From the NCBI GenBank assembly GCA_016182795.1, contig JACPFW010000026.1:11905-75904 (forward strand): 64,000 nt of DNA. The letters are read 5' to 3'. This stretch comes from Gemmatimonadota bacterium. GTDB lineage: Bacteria; Gemmatimonadota; Gemmatimonadetes; Gemmatimonadales; Gemmatimonadaceae. Below the pieces are notes generated by a model. That model had not been told where the DNA came from and made no database searches. It worked only from the letters and a program-made list of their open reading frames with translations. The position numbers and the translations under genes are program-made. Below, piece after piece: positions 11,834-20,438 of this stretch. Each line of letters opens with the position of its first letter. The stretch's first letter is position 1.

Positions 11834-13186
11834 CTAATGCCCCGTGGAGAGCAGGACCGCCAGCAGCGAGGCACCCGCTGCTGCAGCAGCCATGATGAAT
11901 GCGATCATTGCCCCGCACCCCTTCTTCTTCGTCTCGGCGACGACCGGAGCGGACGGCTTGTCAACGGTGGACTTGCGCGCCTGATCCACAGCCACGGCGG
12001 CGATGGCGCGCGTGCCGCCTCCCTCGTCGCCGGCCGTCGCTACCGGGCGGAAGGTCATCTTGATGCCGCCGAACCGCACGTCGGGCGCGCCCTCGACACG
12101 CTGCTCACCCTGCACGCGTCGGCCGCCAACGTACGTCCCGTCCGTCGACTCCTGGTCGACAATGTACCATCCATTGTCGCGTTTCTGGATCTTGGCGTGC
12201 GAATCGGACACGCTTTCGTCCGCCAGCACGACATCGTTATGCGCGCCGCGCCCAACATTGGTGAGCGCCGAGTGAATCTCGAACTTCGTGCCCTTGAGCG
12301 GGCCCTCATTGACGATCTCGAGCGTGGCCAGCGGCGTGCGACCGGCTGGAGCCGGCTTGGCAGCCGGGGCTGGCGTCGGGGGCGCTTGGGTCGGAGCCGG
12401 AGCTGGCGCCGGGCTCACCGCCGCCGACGCGATCGCCGACTCAAGGTGCAGCTTCACCTCAGGCTGCTTGGGCGGCGCGGCCGCTGCCGCGGGCGCCGCT
12501 GGAGCCATGGGCGCGGCCGGAGCCGCTTTCGCCTGGTCGGCGTAGAAGCGGAACTCCTCCGGACCAATCTTGATCACGTCGCCGCGACCGAGCACCTGCT
12601 TCTGCTCAACGCGCGTGCCATTCACAAACACGCCGTTGGTGCTCAGGTCGTTCAGGTGGTATCCACCGGGCATCGGCACAATTTCGGCGTGTTTGCGCGA
12701 CACTTCGGACGACGAGATCACCACGTCGTTGCCGACCTCGCGGCCAACCGACACGCCGTCATCCGGCACCACATACTCGCGCCCGTCTGTCAGCGACACC
12801 AGGCGCCCGCCGCGGGCCAGCGTCGGCTTGGCCGGCGTCGCCGCCGCCTTGGCGCGCGCCATCTCGGCCACCTGGGCCCCCGAGACGAACTGCGTGCTGC
12901 CACCCTGGTTCACATCGCCAAACCGCAGCTCCTCGCCGGCCATCTCCACCTTGTCGCCGTGCAGCAGAGGGCTCGGTTCGTCGCCCAGCTGGACGCCATT
13001 CACCAGCACCACGGCGTTGGGCGCGTCGCGCCGAATGATGGCGCTGCCATCGGCCGCCAGCGTCACGACGGCCCGCGCCGACGCATCGTCGCCCGACAGC
13101 CGCAGGGCGGCGCCGTCATAGCAGCCAACCGTCAGGCCCTCAGCGGGGACGGGATGCTGTTTTCCGTGGATCTGTAGGTACGCCAT
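11834..13186 (-). CDS. Membrane-anchored protein with three FHA domains
   Basis: Three separate FHA-like modules are visible: LTVGCYDG...LVNGVQL...LRFGD; VSVGREVGNDVVISSSEVSRKHAEI...NGVFVNG...FRFY; and TNVGRGAHNDVVLADESVSDSHAKI...DGTYVGG. There is a Pro/Ala-rich linker and a C-terminal TM segment, AMIAFIMAAAAAGASLLAVLL. Confidence 0.8.
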   Translation of the reverse strand: MAYLQIHGKQHPVPAEGLTVGCYDGAALRLSGDDASARAVVTLAADGSAIIRRDAPNAVVLVNGVQLGDEPSPLLHGDKVEMAGEELRFGDVNQGGSTQFVSGAQVAEMARAKAAATPAKPTLARGGRLVSLTDGREYVVPDDGVSVGREVGNDVVISSSEVSRKHAEIVPMPGGYHLNDLSTNGVFVNGTRVEQKQVLGRGDVIKIGPEEFRFYADQAKAAPAAPMAPAAPAAAAAPPKQPEVKLHLESAIASAAVSPAPAPAPTQAPPTPAPAAKPAPAGRTPLATLEIVNEGPLKGTKFEIHSALTNVGRGAHNDVVLADESVSDSHAKIQKRDNGWYIVDQESTDGTYVGGRRVQGEQRVEGAPDVRFGGIKMTFRPVATAGDEGGGTRAIAAVAVDQARKSTVDKPSAPVVAETKKKGCGAMIAFIMAAAAAGASLLAVLLSTGH

Positions 13187-13198
13187 AGCCCCGTGAAG

Positions 13199-15079
13199 CT
13201 ACCCCCCGCCAACAGGGGTGGCAACCCTTTTCGCCCCTCCCAAAGCCGCCCCTTCCAACCTATAGAGCCGCGAGTACAAGCCCCCCGCCTCAAGGAGCCT
13301 TTCGTGGGTGCCCCGTTCTCGCACCTCGCCATGGTGCATGACCAGGATTTCGGTGGCCGACACGATGGTGCTCAACCGGTGCGCAATGGCAAGTGTCGTG
13401 CGCCCGGCCATCAGTTCGCGCAGCGCGCGCTGGATGTCGGCCTCGATCCGGCTGTCCACGGCGCTGGTGGCTTCGTCGAGCACGAGGACGGCCGGGTCGG
13501 CCGCCACCGCCCGCGCGAACGACAGCAACTGGCGCTCGCCCACCGACACCGACGCGCCCCGTTCGGCCAGGCGATGCGCGTAGCGGCCCGGCAGTCGGGC
13601 AACGATGCGATCGGCTCCCACCCGCGCGGCGGCGGCCTCCACCGCCGCGTCCGACAGCGGCGCCGACAGCCGAATGTTGGTCGCAATGTCGTCGGCGAAC
13701 AGGAAGATGTCCTGCTGCACGTACCCGACCAGCGAGCGCAGTTCACCCACCGGCAGATCGCGGATATCCACCCCGTCCACCGTGATCCGCCCGCGCTGCG
13801 GGTCATAGAAGCGGAGCAGGAGGTTCACCACCGTGGTCTTGCCCGCCCCGGTGTGGCCAATGAGGGCGAGCGTCTCGCCCGGTCGCACCCGGAACGACAC
13901 GTCGCGCAGGACCCATCCCGTATCGCCGTCGTCCTTCGCTTGCGCCGCCTTCGCATCGGCGGGGGTCAGCCCTGCCGCCGCGGCGCGCGCGGGGTAGCGG
14001 AACCAGACGCCCTCAAATGCCACCGTCACCCCAACGCCCGCCGGCCGGCGCACCCGCACGCCGCCGGCGTCGGGGACGGTCGGTTTCGTGTCGAGCAGCG
14101 CAAAGATGCGCTCCGCCGACGCCATCGCCTGCTGCAGGATGTTGTACTTGTCCGAGAGGTCCTGCAGCGGCTGGAAGAACCGGCGCGCGAGCTGCAGGAA
14201 CGCGGCCACCGTGCCCACCGTCACCACGCCGCTGTGCACGCGGTCGACCGCGCTCACGATCAGCATCGCCAGCGCGACCGTGGTGAGAATCTCGATCACC
14301 GGAAAGTACAGGGCGTAGATCCGCACCGACGCAATCTGCGACTCCAGGTGATCGGCGTTGAGCGTGGCGAACGCCGCCGCCTCATCTCGCTCGCGCCCGA
14401 ACAACTGCACTACGCGAATGCCAGTCAGCCGTTCCTGAAGAAACGCGTTCAGCCGCGCCACCCGCGTGCGGATGTCGCGATACGCGGTGCGGACGCGCCG
14501 CTGAAACACGTGCGACACGAAGTAGATGGCCGGCACCACCGTGAAGGCCGCCAGCGTCAACCGCCAGTCGATGGTGAACATCACCACGCCAATCGCCAGC
14601 AGCGCGGCCAGATCGCCGACGGCCGCAATGACGCCCGCCGTGAACAGTTCGTTCAGCGACTCCACATCCGACGTGACGCGCGTAACCAGCCGCCCCACCG
14701 GCGTAGCATCAAAGAAGGCGATGGACAGCCGCTGCAGGTGATCGAACAGCTCGCGACGCAGGTCGTGCATCGCCCGTTGACCCAGCAGGCTCGTCAGCAC
14801 GGTCTGGCCGTAGCCGGTGGCAAACTGGGCCGCGAGCGCCGCGGCAAAGGCCACGGCGATGCGCGCCACTTCGGCGAAATCGCGGGCCGGGAGCGCAACA
14901 TCTATGACGCGGCGCGTCAGCAACGGACCCACAAGCTGCAGCAGCCCCTCGATGAGCAGCAGCGCCAGCGCCCCGACCGCCAGCGGCGCGTGCGGGCGCA
15001 CGTAGCCGGCCAGCCGCCGAGCTAATCGGCCGTCGAGGACCTTGGTGAGTCGCGGTTCTTCGAGCGCGGTGTCGGACAT
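13199..15079 (-). CDS. ABC exporter, fused permease-ATPase (MsbA/MdlB type)
   Basis: 626 aa with six N-terminal TM segments. Walker A is GHTGAGKTT, the signature is VSVGERQLLSFARA and Walker B is VLVLDEATSAVD. Confidence 0.9.
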   Translation of the reverse strand: MSDTALEEPRLTKVLDGRLARRLAGYVRPHAPLAVGALALLLIEGLLQLVGPLLTRRVIDVALPARDFAEVARIAVAFAAALAAQFATGYGQTVLTSLLGQRAMHDLRRELFDHLQRLSIAFFDATPVGRLVTRVTSDVESLNELFTAGVIAAVGDLAALLAIGVVMFTIDWRLTLAAFTVVPAIYFVSHVFQRRVRTAYRDIRTRVARLNAFLQERLTGIRVVQLFGRERDEAAAFATLNADHLESQIASVRIYALYFPVIEILTTVALAMLIVSAVDRVHSGVVTVGTVAAFLQLARRFFQPLQDLSDKYNILQQAMASAERIFALLDTKPTVPDAGGVRVRRPAGVGVTVAFEGVWFRYPARAAAAGLTPADAKAAQAKDDGDTGWVLRDVSFRVRPGETLALIGHTGAGKTTVVNLLLRFYDPQRGRITVDGVDIRDLPVGELRSLVGYVQQDIFLFADDIATNIRLSAPLSDAAVEAAAARVGADRIVARLPGRYAHRLAERGASVSVGERQLLSFARAVAADPAVLVLDEATSAVDSRIEADIQRALRELMAGRTTLAIAHRLSTIVSATEILVMHHGEVRERGTHERLLEAGGLYSRLYRLEGAALGGAKRVATPVGGG

Positions 15080-15195
15080 CTATGAGAAACTACACGCCGG
15101 TTGCGTCCTCGCCCACAGCGCGACACCGGCGTCGGTCACCGGCCGATATCATCCGACCCAATCACAATCGGCAGTCCAGATCCTAGATTGCAGAC

Positions 15196-18012
15196 GTGCC
15201 CGATTTCATCCGCGTCCGCAACGCCCGCCAGCACAACCTCAAGGGCATCAGCGTCGACCTGCCGCGTCGGGCCATCACGGTCATCACCGGCCCGTCGGGC
15301 TCCGGCAAGTCGTCCTTTGCGTTCGACACCGTCTACGCCGAGGGACAGCGCCGGTACGTCGAGTCGCTTTCGGCCTACGCGCGCCAGTTCCTCGAGCGCA
15401 TGCAGAAGCCGTTCGTCGATTCCATCGACGGCCTCTCTCCCGCCGTCGCCATCGAGCAGAAGAACCCCGTGCGCACATCGCGCTCCACGGTGGGCACGGC
15501 GACCGAGGTATACGACTACCTGCGCCTGCTCTGGGCGCGCATCGGCCGCACGGTCTGCTCCGTGTGCGGACGCGAACTTCGCCCCGACACCCCGCAGGGC
15601 GCCGCCGACCGCGTGCTCGAACTCCCGCACGGCACGCGCCTGATGGTCACTTTCCCGCTGCGCCTCTCCGATCTCGTCTCCCACGCCGTGGCGGTGGAGA
15701 ACCTGCGCGCCGAGGGCTTCGTGCGCGTCGTCGCCGACGGCGTCGCGTACCACGTGGACGACCTCGGAGGCAAGAAGCCCGATCTCACCAAGGGCAAGGA
15801 AGTTCTTGTCGTCACCGACCGCCTCTCGGTCGACGCCGCGCTGCGGACGCGCCTCACCGATGCGATCGAAACGGCGTTCCGAGAGGGCGACGGCGACTGC
15901 GTCGTCCTCGCCGATCCGCCATCCGACGTCCCCCATCCGCCATCAGCCAGCCCCACGCGCCTCAGCTTCACGACGCGATTTGAATGCCCCGAGCACCACA
16001 CCCGCGCCCCGCACCCCACCCCACAGCTCTTCTCGTTCAACAACCCGCGCGGCGCCTGCCCCACGTGCAACGGCTTCGGCGCCACACTGGAATACGACCT
16101 TGCGCTCATCGTCCCGCACCCCGAGCGCACGCTGCGCGACGGTGCCATCGATCCGTGGACCAAGCCGCGCTATGACAACAAGCGCCGCGCGCTCGCCGAG
16201 GCCTGCAAGCGAGAGGGCATCCCGATGGACCGCCCGTGGCGCGACCTCGCCGACAGCCAGCGCGAGTTTCTGCTCCGTGGCAAGGCCAAGGGATTCCAGG
16301 GCGTTGTCCGGCACCTGACGTCGCTGGAGGAGAAGAAATACAAGCAGTACATCCGCGTCTTCCTGCGGCAGTACCAGTCGGCGATGACGTGCCACGCCTG
16401 CCACGGCGCCAAGCTGCAGCCCGACGCGCTCAACGTGCGCATCGGCGGCAAGCACATCGCCGAGGTCGCGGCGATGCCGGTGGAACTGCTCAACGCGTGG
16501 CTCGACGCGCTGGTGCTCACTCCCGCCGAGCAAGCCATCGCCGCGCACATCTGGCGGGAGGCGCGCGAGCGGGTGCGCTTTCTCTGCGACGTCGGGCTCA
16601 CCTACCTCACGCTCGACCGCGCCACGCGCACGCTCTCCGGCGGCGAGGCGCAGCGCATCGGACTCGCCAACTCGCTGGGCTCGCGCCTCGTCGATGCGCT
16701 CTATGTGCTCGACGAGCCAAGCATCGGACTGCACGCCCGCGACATGGATCGCCTGCTCCAACTGCTCAAGCGCCTGCGCGACGGCGGCAACACCGTGCTG
16801 GTGGTGGAGCACGACCTCGAGGCCGCGCGCGCCGCCGACTGGATGCTCGAGTTGGGCCCCGAGAGCGGCGAACACGGAGGGCGCGTGGTGTACAGCGGGC
16901 CGGTGGCCGACGCCGGCGCCCACTCCCTGACCGGCCAGTATCTCACCGGCGCGCGCACGATTCCGCTGCCCGACAAGCGCCGCGCCCCGCGGCGCTGGAT
17001 CACGCTCGAGGGAGCGCGCGCCCACAACCTGCGCGACGTCGACTTCCAGCTGCCGCTCGGCGTGCTGACGGCGGTCACCGGCGTCTCCGGCTCGGGCAAG
17101 AGCACGCTCGTGCACGACGTCTTCTTCCACGCGCTCGAGGCGGCGCTCACCGGCGAGCACAGCGCCTCGCTGCACCTCGGCGAGACCGTCGGCGAGTTCC
17201 GCAAGTTGACCGGCACCGAGGCCGTCGAGGCGGTCGTGCTCATCGACCAGGAACCGATCGGGCGGTCGCCGCGGTCAAATCCGGTCACCTACGTGAAGGC
17301 GTACGACGAGATTCGCCGCATCTTCGCGGCCCTCCCCGAGTCGCGCGCGCGCCGCTACACGCCGGGCACCTTCTCGTTCAATGTGGCCGGCGGCCGGTGC
17401 GAGAAGTGCGAGGGGGCCGGCGCGATCGCGGTGGAGATGGTCTTTCTCGCCGACGTCTTCGTGCCGTGCGAAGAGTGCGACGGCAAGCGGTTCAAGCCCG
17501 ATGTGCTCGGCGTGAAGTATTTCGGCCGTTCCATCGTCGACGTGCTCGAGATGACGGTGGATGAGGCGATTCGGTTCTTCCCGTACGAAGAAAAGCTCGG
17601 GCAGGCGCTGTGGCATGTGCAGCAGGTTGGGCTCGGCTACCTGCGGCTCGGCCAGCCGGCCACCACGCTGTCGGGCGGTGAAGCACAGCGGCTCAAGATC
17701 GCGCGCGAACTCGCGATGTCGGCCAAGAAGTCAGGCCGCAAGCTGTACCTGCTCGACGAACCGACCACCGGCCTCCACCTCGAGGACATCCGCAAGCTCG
17801 CCGCGGTGCTCGACCGGCTCGTCGAGGCCGGCCACACGGTGGTGCTTATCGAGCACAACCTCGACGTCATCAAGCTTGCCGACTGGGTCGTCGACCTCGG
17901 CCCCGAAGGCGGCGACGGCGGCGGGCGCATCGTGGCCGCCGGCACGCCCGAGCAGGTCGCCAAGGTCGACGCCTCCCACACTGGGAGATGGCTGCGAACG
18001 GTTCTCCCCTGA
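15196..18012 (+). CDS. uvrA: Excinuclease ABC subunit A family protein (UvrA or UvrA paralogue)
   Basis: 938 aa containing NLKGISVDLPRRAITVITGPSGSGKSS, YAEGQRRYVESLSAYARQF, two LSGGEAQR signatures, CPTCNGFG, and a CEKCEGAG/CEECDG zinc module. The architecture is full length, including the region aligned with the UvrB-binding domain. Confidence 0.85.
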   Translation: MPDFIRVRNARQHNLKGISVDLPRRAITVITGPSGSGKSSFAFDTVYAEGQRRYVESLSAYARQFLERMQKPFVDSIDGLSPAVAIEQKNPVRTSRSTVGTATEVYDYLRLLWARIGRTVCSVCGRELRPDTPQGAADRVLELPHGTRLMVTFPLRLSDLVSHAVAVENLRAEGFVRVVADGVAYHVDDLGGKKPDLTKGKEVLVVTDRLSVDAALRTRLTDAIETAFREGDGDCVVLADPPSDVPHPPSASPTRLSFTTRFECPEHHTRAPHPTPQLFSFNNPRGACPTCNGFGATLEYDLALIVPHPERTLRDGAIDPWTKPRYDNKRRALAEACKREGIPMDRPWRDLADSQREFLLRGKAKGFQGVVRHLTSLEEKKYKQYIRVFLRQYQSAMTCHACHGAKLQPDALNVRIGGKHIAEVAAMPVELLNAWLDALVLTPAEQAIAAHIWREARERVRFLCDVGLTYLTLDRATRTLSGGEAQRIGLANSLGSRLVDALYVLDEPSIGLHARDMDRLLQLLKRLRDGGNTVLVVEHDLEAARAADWMLELGPESGEHGGRVVYSGPVADAGAHSLTGQYLTGARTIPLPDKRRAPRRWITLEGARAHNLRDVDFQLPLGVLTAVTGVSGSGKSTLVHDVFFHALEAALTGEHSASLHLGETVGEFRKLTGTEAVEAVVLIDQEPIGRSPRSNPVTYVKAYDEIRRIFAALPESRARRYTPGTFSFNVAGGRCEKCEGAGAIAVEMVFLADVFVPCEECDGKRFKPDVLGVKYFGRSIVDVLEMTVDEAIRFFPYEEKLGQALWHVQQVGLGYLRLGQPATTLSGGEAQRLKIARELAMSAKKSGRKLYLLDEPTTGLHLEDIRKLAAVLDRLVEAGHTVVLIEHNLDVIKLADWVVDLGPEGGDGGGRIVAAGTPEQVAKVDASHTGRWLRTVLP

Positions 18013-18023
18013 CTGCGGCACCA

Positions 18024-18042
18024 CGCGGGCGGTGAGCCCGCG
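18024..18042. terminator. Hairpin between the convergent uvrA and permease genes
   Basis: cgcgggc-ggtga-gcccgcg, 7-bp GC stem, 12 nt after the uvrA stop. Confidence 0.4.
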
Positions 18043-18065
18043 CGGCGGCTGTACACGGCCGTGCT

Positions 18066-19346
18066 CTACTCGTGCCGAATCGCGTCGATCGGACTCAGCC
18101 TCGCCGCGCGCAGCGCCGGATAAAGACCAAACCCGATCCCGACGCTCACGCTCGCGCACACCGCGAAGAGGATGGTCACTGGCGTGATCGCCGGATGCAC
18201 GGGCGCCTTCGTCTGCACCCGCATCACCCAGGCCGCGAACTCGGCCACACCGTAGCCCAGCGCGGTGCCGAACGCCGCGCCGGCGCTGGTGATCGCCACC
18301 GATTCGGCGAGGAATTGCGTGCGAATGTCGCGGTTGCGCGCGCCGAGTGCCTTGCGCACGCCGATCTCCCGGGTCCGCTCCGCCACCGACGCGAGCAGCA
18401 CGTTCATGATGCCCACGCCGCCGACCAGCAGCGACACGCCGGTGATGGCCGCCATCAGCAGCTTGAACACCGCCATCGCCTGCTGCATCTGTTGGCGCCG
18501 CTCGTCATTGGCGCGCACCTCCGCGCGCTCCTTCCACGCCGCGCCCAAGCGACCCTGCAACCAGCGTTCCGCCGAACGCTTGATGCCGGCGACGTCCTCG
18601 ATGACACGGGCGCGCACCAGCAGGCTCGCCGGATTTCGCGGCGGCGCGCCAGCCAGCGCCGGAATCGTGCCGATCGGCACATACGCCACCAGAGAGACGT
18701 CGGCGGTGTCCTGGGGCACGAGCGCGCCAATCACGGCGAAGGCCGCGCCGTTCAGCACCACGGAATCGCCAAGGGCAGGGTGTCCAAATGCCGCGTCGAG
18801 CGCACCGCCGAGCACGACGACTCGGCGACCGCCCTGCACGTCTTCAGCGCTCAGATACGCGCCGCGGGCAAGGCCGAATTGACGCGCCGCCGCGAAGCCA
18901 GCCATCGTGCCCATGAGCCGTACGTCGCGCGCCTTCCCCGAGGCGCCATGCTGGGCCAGCCCGGCCGCAACGTCCATCATGTCGACGCCCGCGACACCCG
19001 ACCATCGCGAGGCCGTCTCAACGTCGGCAATCGTGAACCGCACGGTGTCCGGCCGCGGCAGAAAGACGCCGTCTACGCGTCGCCCGGTGACCGGTTGCAC
19101 GCTGACCGCCAGCAAGTCGGTTGTGCGCTCCATCTGGTCGCGCGTGAACCGCTCCACGCCGTCGCCCATGGCCAGCACGGACACAAGCGCACCAACGCCC
19201 ATAATGACGCCGAGGGCCGAAAGGAGCGTCCGCAGCGGATTCACCCGGAGGGCCTGCAGCCCGATGACAATTGAGGTATGCACAGTTGGGTCTACGGAAT
19301 TCGCGGAATTCTGGTTTCGCCCCGCTTGAACTCGACTCAACAGCAC
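18066..19346 (-). CDS. ABC transporter permease, MacB/FtsX family
   Basis: The N-terminal TM segment (LRTLLSALGVIMGVGALVSVLAM) is followed by a large periplasmic domain and a C-terminal FtsX domain (RTREIGVRKALGARNRDIRTQFLAESV...RAARLSPIDAIRHE). No partner ATPase is adjacent. The exact start is uncertain. Confidence 0.8.
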   Translation of the reverse strand: MLLSRVQAGRNQNSANSVDPTVHTSIVIGLQALRVNPLRTLLSALGVIMGVGALVSVLAMGDGVERFTRDQMERTTDLLAVSVQPVTGRRVDGVFLPRPDTVRFTIADVETASRWSGVAGVDMMDVAAGLAQHGASGKARDVRLMGTMAGFAAARQFGLARGAYLSAEDVQGGRRVVVLGGALDAAFGHPALGDSVVLNGAAFAVIGALVPQDTADVSLVAYVPIGTIPALAGAPPRNPASLLVRARVIEDVAGIKRSAERWLQGRLGAAWKERAEVRANDERRQQMQQAMAVFKLLMAAITGVSLLVGGVGIMNVLLASVAERTREIGVRKALGARNRDIRTQFLAESVAITSAGAAFGTALGYGVAEFAAWVMRVQTKAPVHPAITPVTILFAVCASVSVGIGFGLYPALRAARLSPIDAIRHE

Positions 19347-19363
19347 GGTATTTTTATGGTTCT

Positions 19364-19435
19364 TCCCGAGTAGCTCAGGGGTAGAGCAGGCGACTGTTAA
19401 TCGCCGGGTCGGGGGTTCAAATCCCTCCTCGGGAG
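19364..19435 (+). tRNA. tRNA-Asn (anticodon GTT)
   Basis: Manual cloverleaf: acceptor TCCCGAG/CTCGGGA, D-arm GCTCAGGGGTAGAGC, anticodon stem GGCGA/TCGCC with loop CTGTTAA, and T-arm GGGGGTTCAAATCCCTC. No CCA is encoded. Confidence 0.9.
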
Positions 19436-19448
19436 CTCACACTGCAGC

Positions 19449-19474
19449 GGGGCGTCGGCCATGGCCGACGCCCC
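19449..19474 (+). terminator. Perfect 26-nt palindrome/hairpin downstream of tRNA-Asn
   Basis: ggggcgtcggccatggccgacgcccc, followed by gtttgcgtt. Confidence 0.65.
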
Positions 19475-19717
19475 GTTTGCGTTGCGCCCCGGTTCGGCCG
19501 CGGATTTTAATGAGGTATGTAATAGTCCTCTTTTATCCGACAGACCGTCCCCGAAGCCCCCGACTGCGGAGTCCGACCGGCCGCCGTACTGTCCGCTCGG
19601 TCCCGGCGCTGGGATTGCTCCTCGCGTCGCGTTCCCCACCTCGCGACGCAAAAGGCGGCCGAGGCGACCACCACGAGTCCCGTTTGGTTCCGCCACCCCA
19701 CGCCCGAGGTGTTCGCC

Positions 19718-20257
19718 ATGCGTTTGTCCCGCGCCGTCGTCCCCGCCCTGCTCGCCGTCTGCTCGCTCGCCGCCTGCGGCGGCAGCGAGTCCGTCCCCGC
19801 CGCCGACGCCGCACCCGCGGTCGGTCAGGCCAACGTGCAGGACGATGAGTCCGTCAAGGACGTCGTCAAGATCGCCGTCGGCTCCAAGGACCACACAACG
19901 CTCGTCGCCGCGCTGCAGGCGGGCGACCTCGTGAACTCGCTCGCCAACGCCGGGCCATTCACCGTCTTCGCCCCTACCAACTCCGCGTTCGATAAGCTGC
20001 CCAAGGGCACGGTAGACGACCTGCTGAAGCCCGAGAACAAGGAAAAGCTCCGCCTCGTCCTCCAGCACCACGTGACCACCTCGTCGCTCGACCTCGATCA
20101 GTTCAGCGACGGCCAGGTGATCTCAATGGCCGACGGCACCAACGCGACGATCCACAAGAAGGGCGCCGACACGTTCATCAACGACGCCAAGATCCTGGCC
20201 TCGGTGCGCGGGTCTAACGGCATGGTGCATGTCATCGATGGGGTGTTGGTGCCGTAA
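19718..20257 (+). CDS. Fasciclin (FAS1) domain lipoprotein
   Basis: MRLSRAVVPALLAVCSLAACGG is a lipobox. GPFTVFAPTNSAFDKLP...NGMVHVIDGVLVP are the FAS1 H1/H2 motifs. ATG 19718 is preceded by GAGG. The track start is GTG 19709. Confidence 0.88.
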   Translation: MRLSRAVVPALLAVCSLAACGGSESVPAADAAPAVGQANVQDDESVKDVVKIAVGSKDHTTLVAALQAGDLVNSLANAGPFTVFAPTNSAFDKLPKGTVDDLLKPENKEKLRLVLQHHVTTSSLDLDQFSDGQVISMADGTNATIHKKGADTFINDAKILASVRGSNGMVHVIDGVLVP

Positions 20258-20430
20258 CAGCAGAAGAGCACAGACAAACACGGAGTAGCACGGAGTACCA
20301 CACATCACGACGGTCGGCACCACGACCCGAGTGCTCTGTGGTACTCTGTTCTTTTCTGTGCCCTTCTGTGCCCTTCTGTGCCCTTCTGTGCCCTTCTGTG
20401 CCCTTCTGTGCCTTTCTGTGCTATTCTGTT
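20258..20430. repeat. Intergenic low-complexity palindrome whose 3' arm is a 10-mer tandem array (CCCTTCTGTG x5 perfect plus about 5 degenerate units)
   Basis: The 5' arm is cagcagaagagcacagacaaacacggagtagcacggagtaccacac. The 3' arm is gtgctctgtggtactctgttcttttctgtg followed by the 10-mer units at 20361-20410. The arms are partially complementary. The element fills the whole fasciclin-glycosyltransferase gap. Confidence 0.9.
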
Positions 20431-20438
20431 GTACATCC

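Noticed and set aside
13193-15025. 610-aa plus-strand ORF
   Set aside because: It is antisense to the ABC exporter, whose Walker A, signature and Walker B motifs are unambiguous. The product is Arg/His/Gln-rich nonsense.
15943-17564. ORFs 15943-17175 (minus strand) and 16236-17564 (plus strand)
   Set aside because: They are antisense or off-frame within the UvrA-family gene, with extremely Arg/Ala-rich products.
19397-20071. 224-aa minus-strand ORF overlapping tRNA-Asn, and 33691-33891 (minus strand) overlapping tRNA-Lys
   Set aside because: They overlap manually folded tRNAs and, for the first, the fasciclin gene. The conserved peptide-like stretch is simply a tRNA read as protein.
20331-20438. 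Upstream start of the glycosyltransferase ORF, giving a Cys/Phe/Leu-rich N-terminal peptide
   Set aside because: The peptide is the translation of the 10-mer tandem array. The canonical GT4 N-terminus MRILHL begins at ATG 20439.
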